Below the pieces are notes generated by a model. That model was given only the letters and a program-made list of their open reading frames with translations. It was not told the DNA's origin and searched no databases. Of a stretch of DNA of 64,000 nt, positions 63,669 through 64,000 are shown one piece after another. Positions within the stretch are counted from its first letter, which is position 1. Every line of letters starts with the position of its first letter. The position numbers were made by a program, and so were the translations under genes. Source of the stretch: Octopus sinensis (taxonomy: Eukaryota); contig NC_043018.1 of assembly GCF_006345805.1 (NCBI RefSeq), forward strand, positions 19,964,001 through 20,028,000. The letters are read 5' to 3'.

Positions 63669-64000
63669 GTGACTGTGTGGTAAGAAGCTTGCTTACCGAC
63701 TACATGGTTCTAGGTTCGGTCTCACTGCATGGCACCTTGGGCAACTGTCTTCTGCTATAGCTTCAGGCCAACCAAAGCCTTGTGAGTGGATTTGGTAGGC
63801 AGAAACTGAAACAAGCCCATCGTATATTTATATATATATGCATGGTGCTAAGCTGTATTGGTCCCTTTGCCTTTCCTTTGGACAACATCGGTGGTGTGGA
63901 GAGGGGAGGTTGGTATGGATGGACAAAAACTGATCTTCCATAAACAACCTTGCCCAGACTTGTGCCTCAGAGGGGAACTTTCTCGGTGCAATTCCATGGT
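63669..64000 (+). mobile_element. SINE A 5' half followed by tail type 3 (runs off the window)
   Basis: Family A head to ~63830, then GCTAAGCTGTATTGG...AAACAACCTTGCCCAGAC as in family E. Confidence 0.65.

Overview
AT-rich, microsatellite-dense animal DNA made mostly of repeats. The SINE, MITE and LINE families look like those of an octopod cephalopod (Octopus); this is my recognition of the repeats, not a database result. Nearly all ORFs in the supplied track are translation artefacts of (TA)n, (CA)n, (AAT)n, (GTA)n and (CTT)n tracts. Real coding remnants are all transposon-derived: an RTE RT C-terminus (11378-11678), an R4/Dong-type restriction-like endonuclease sitting in (TAA)n (15144-15576), two Penelope GIY-YIG ends (19439-19803 and 56442-56543), CR1-type RT ends (18250-18470, 55370-55725) and an internally deleted mariner (37965-38530). 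There are also dozens of tRNA-derived SINEs (including TSD-flanked dimers), three non-autonomous Helitrons, TTAA-flanked MITEs and a hAT element carrying a 35-bp minisatellite. The most notable signal is about ten hammerhead-ribozyme motifs from at least five sequence families, in Penelope-like terminal-repeat remnants, most lying in or beside (TA)n tracts. These include a perfect 67-bp inverted pair of intact-core ribozymes flanking a copy of a sequence found 1.75 kb away. No host gene is recognisable by homology. A set of phase-compatible minus-strand exon candidates (44866-45085, 33077-33107, 16300-16466, 14608-14637) could encode a small secreted peptide, but this is prediction only. All folds, alignments and splice calls were made by eye, and boundaries of degenerate repeats are approximate.
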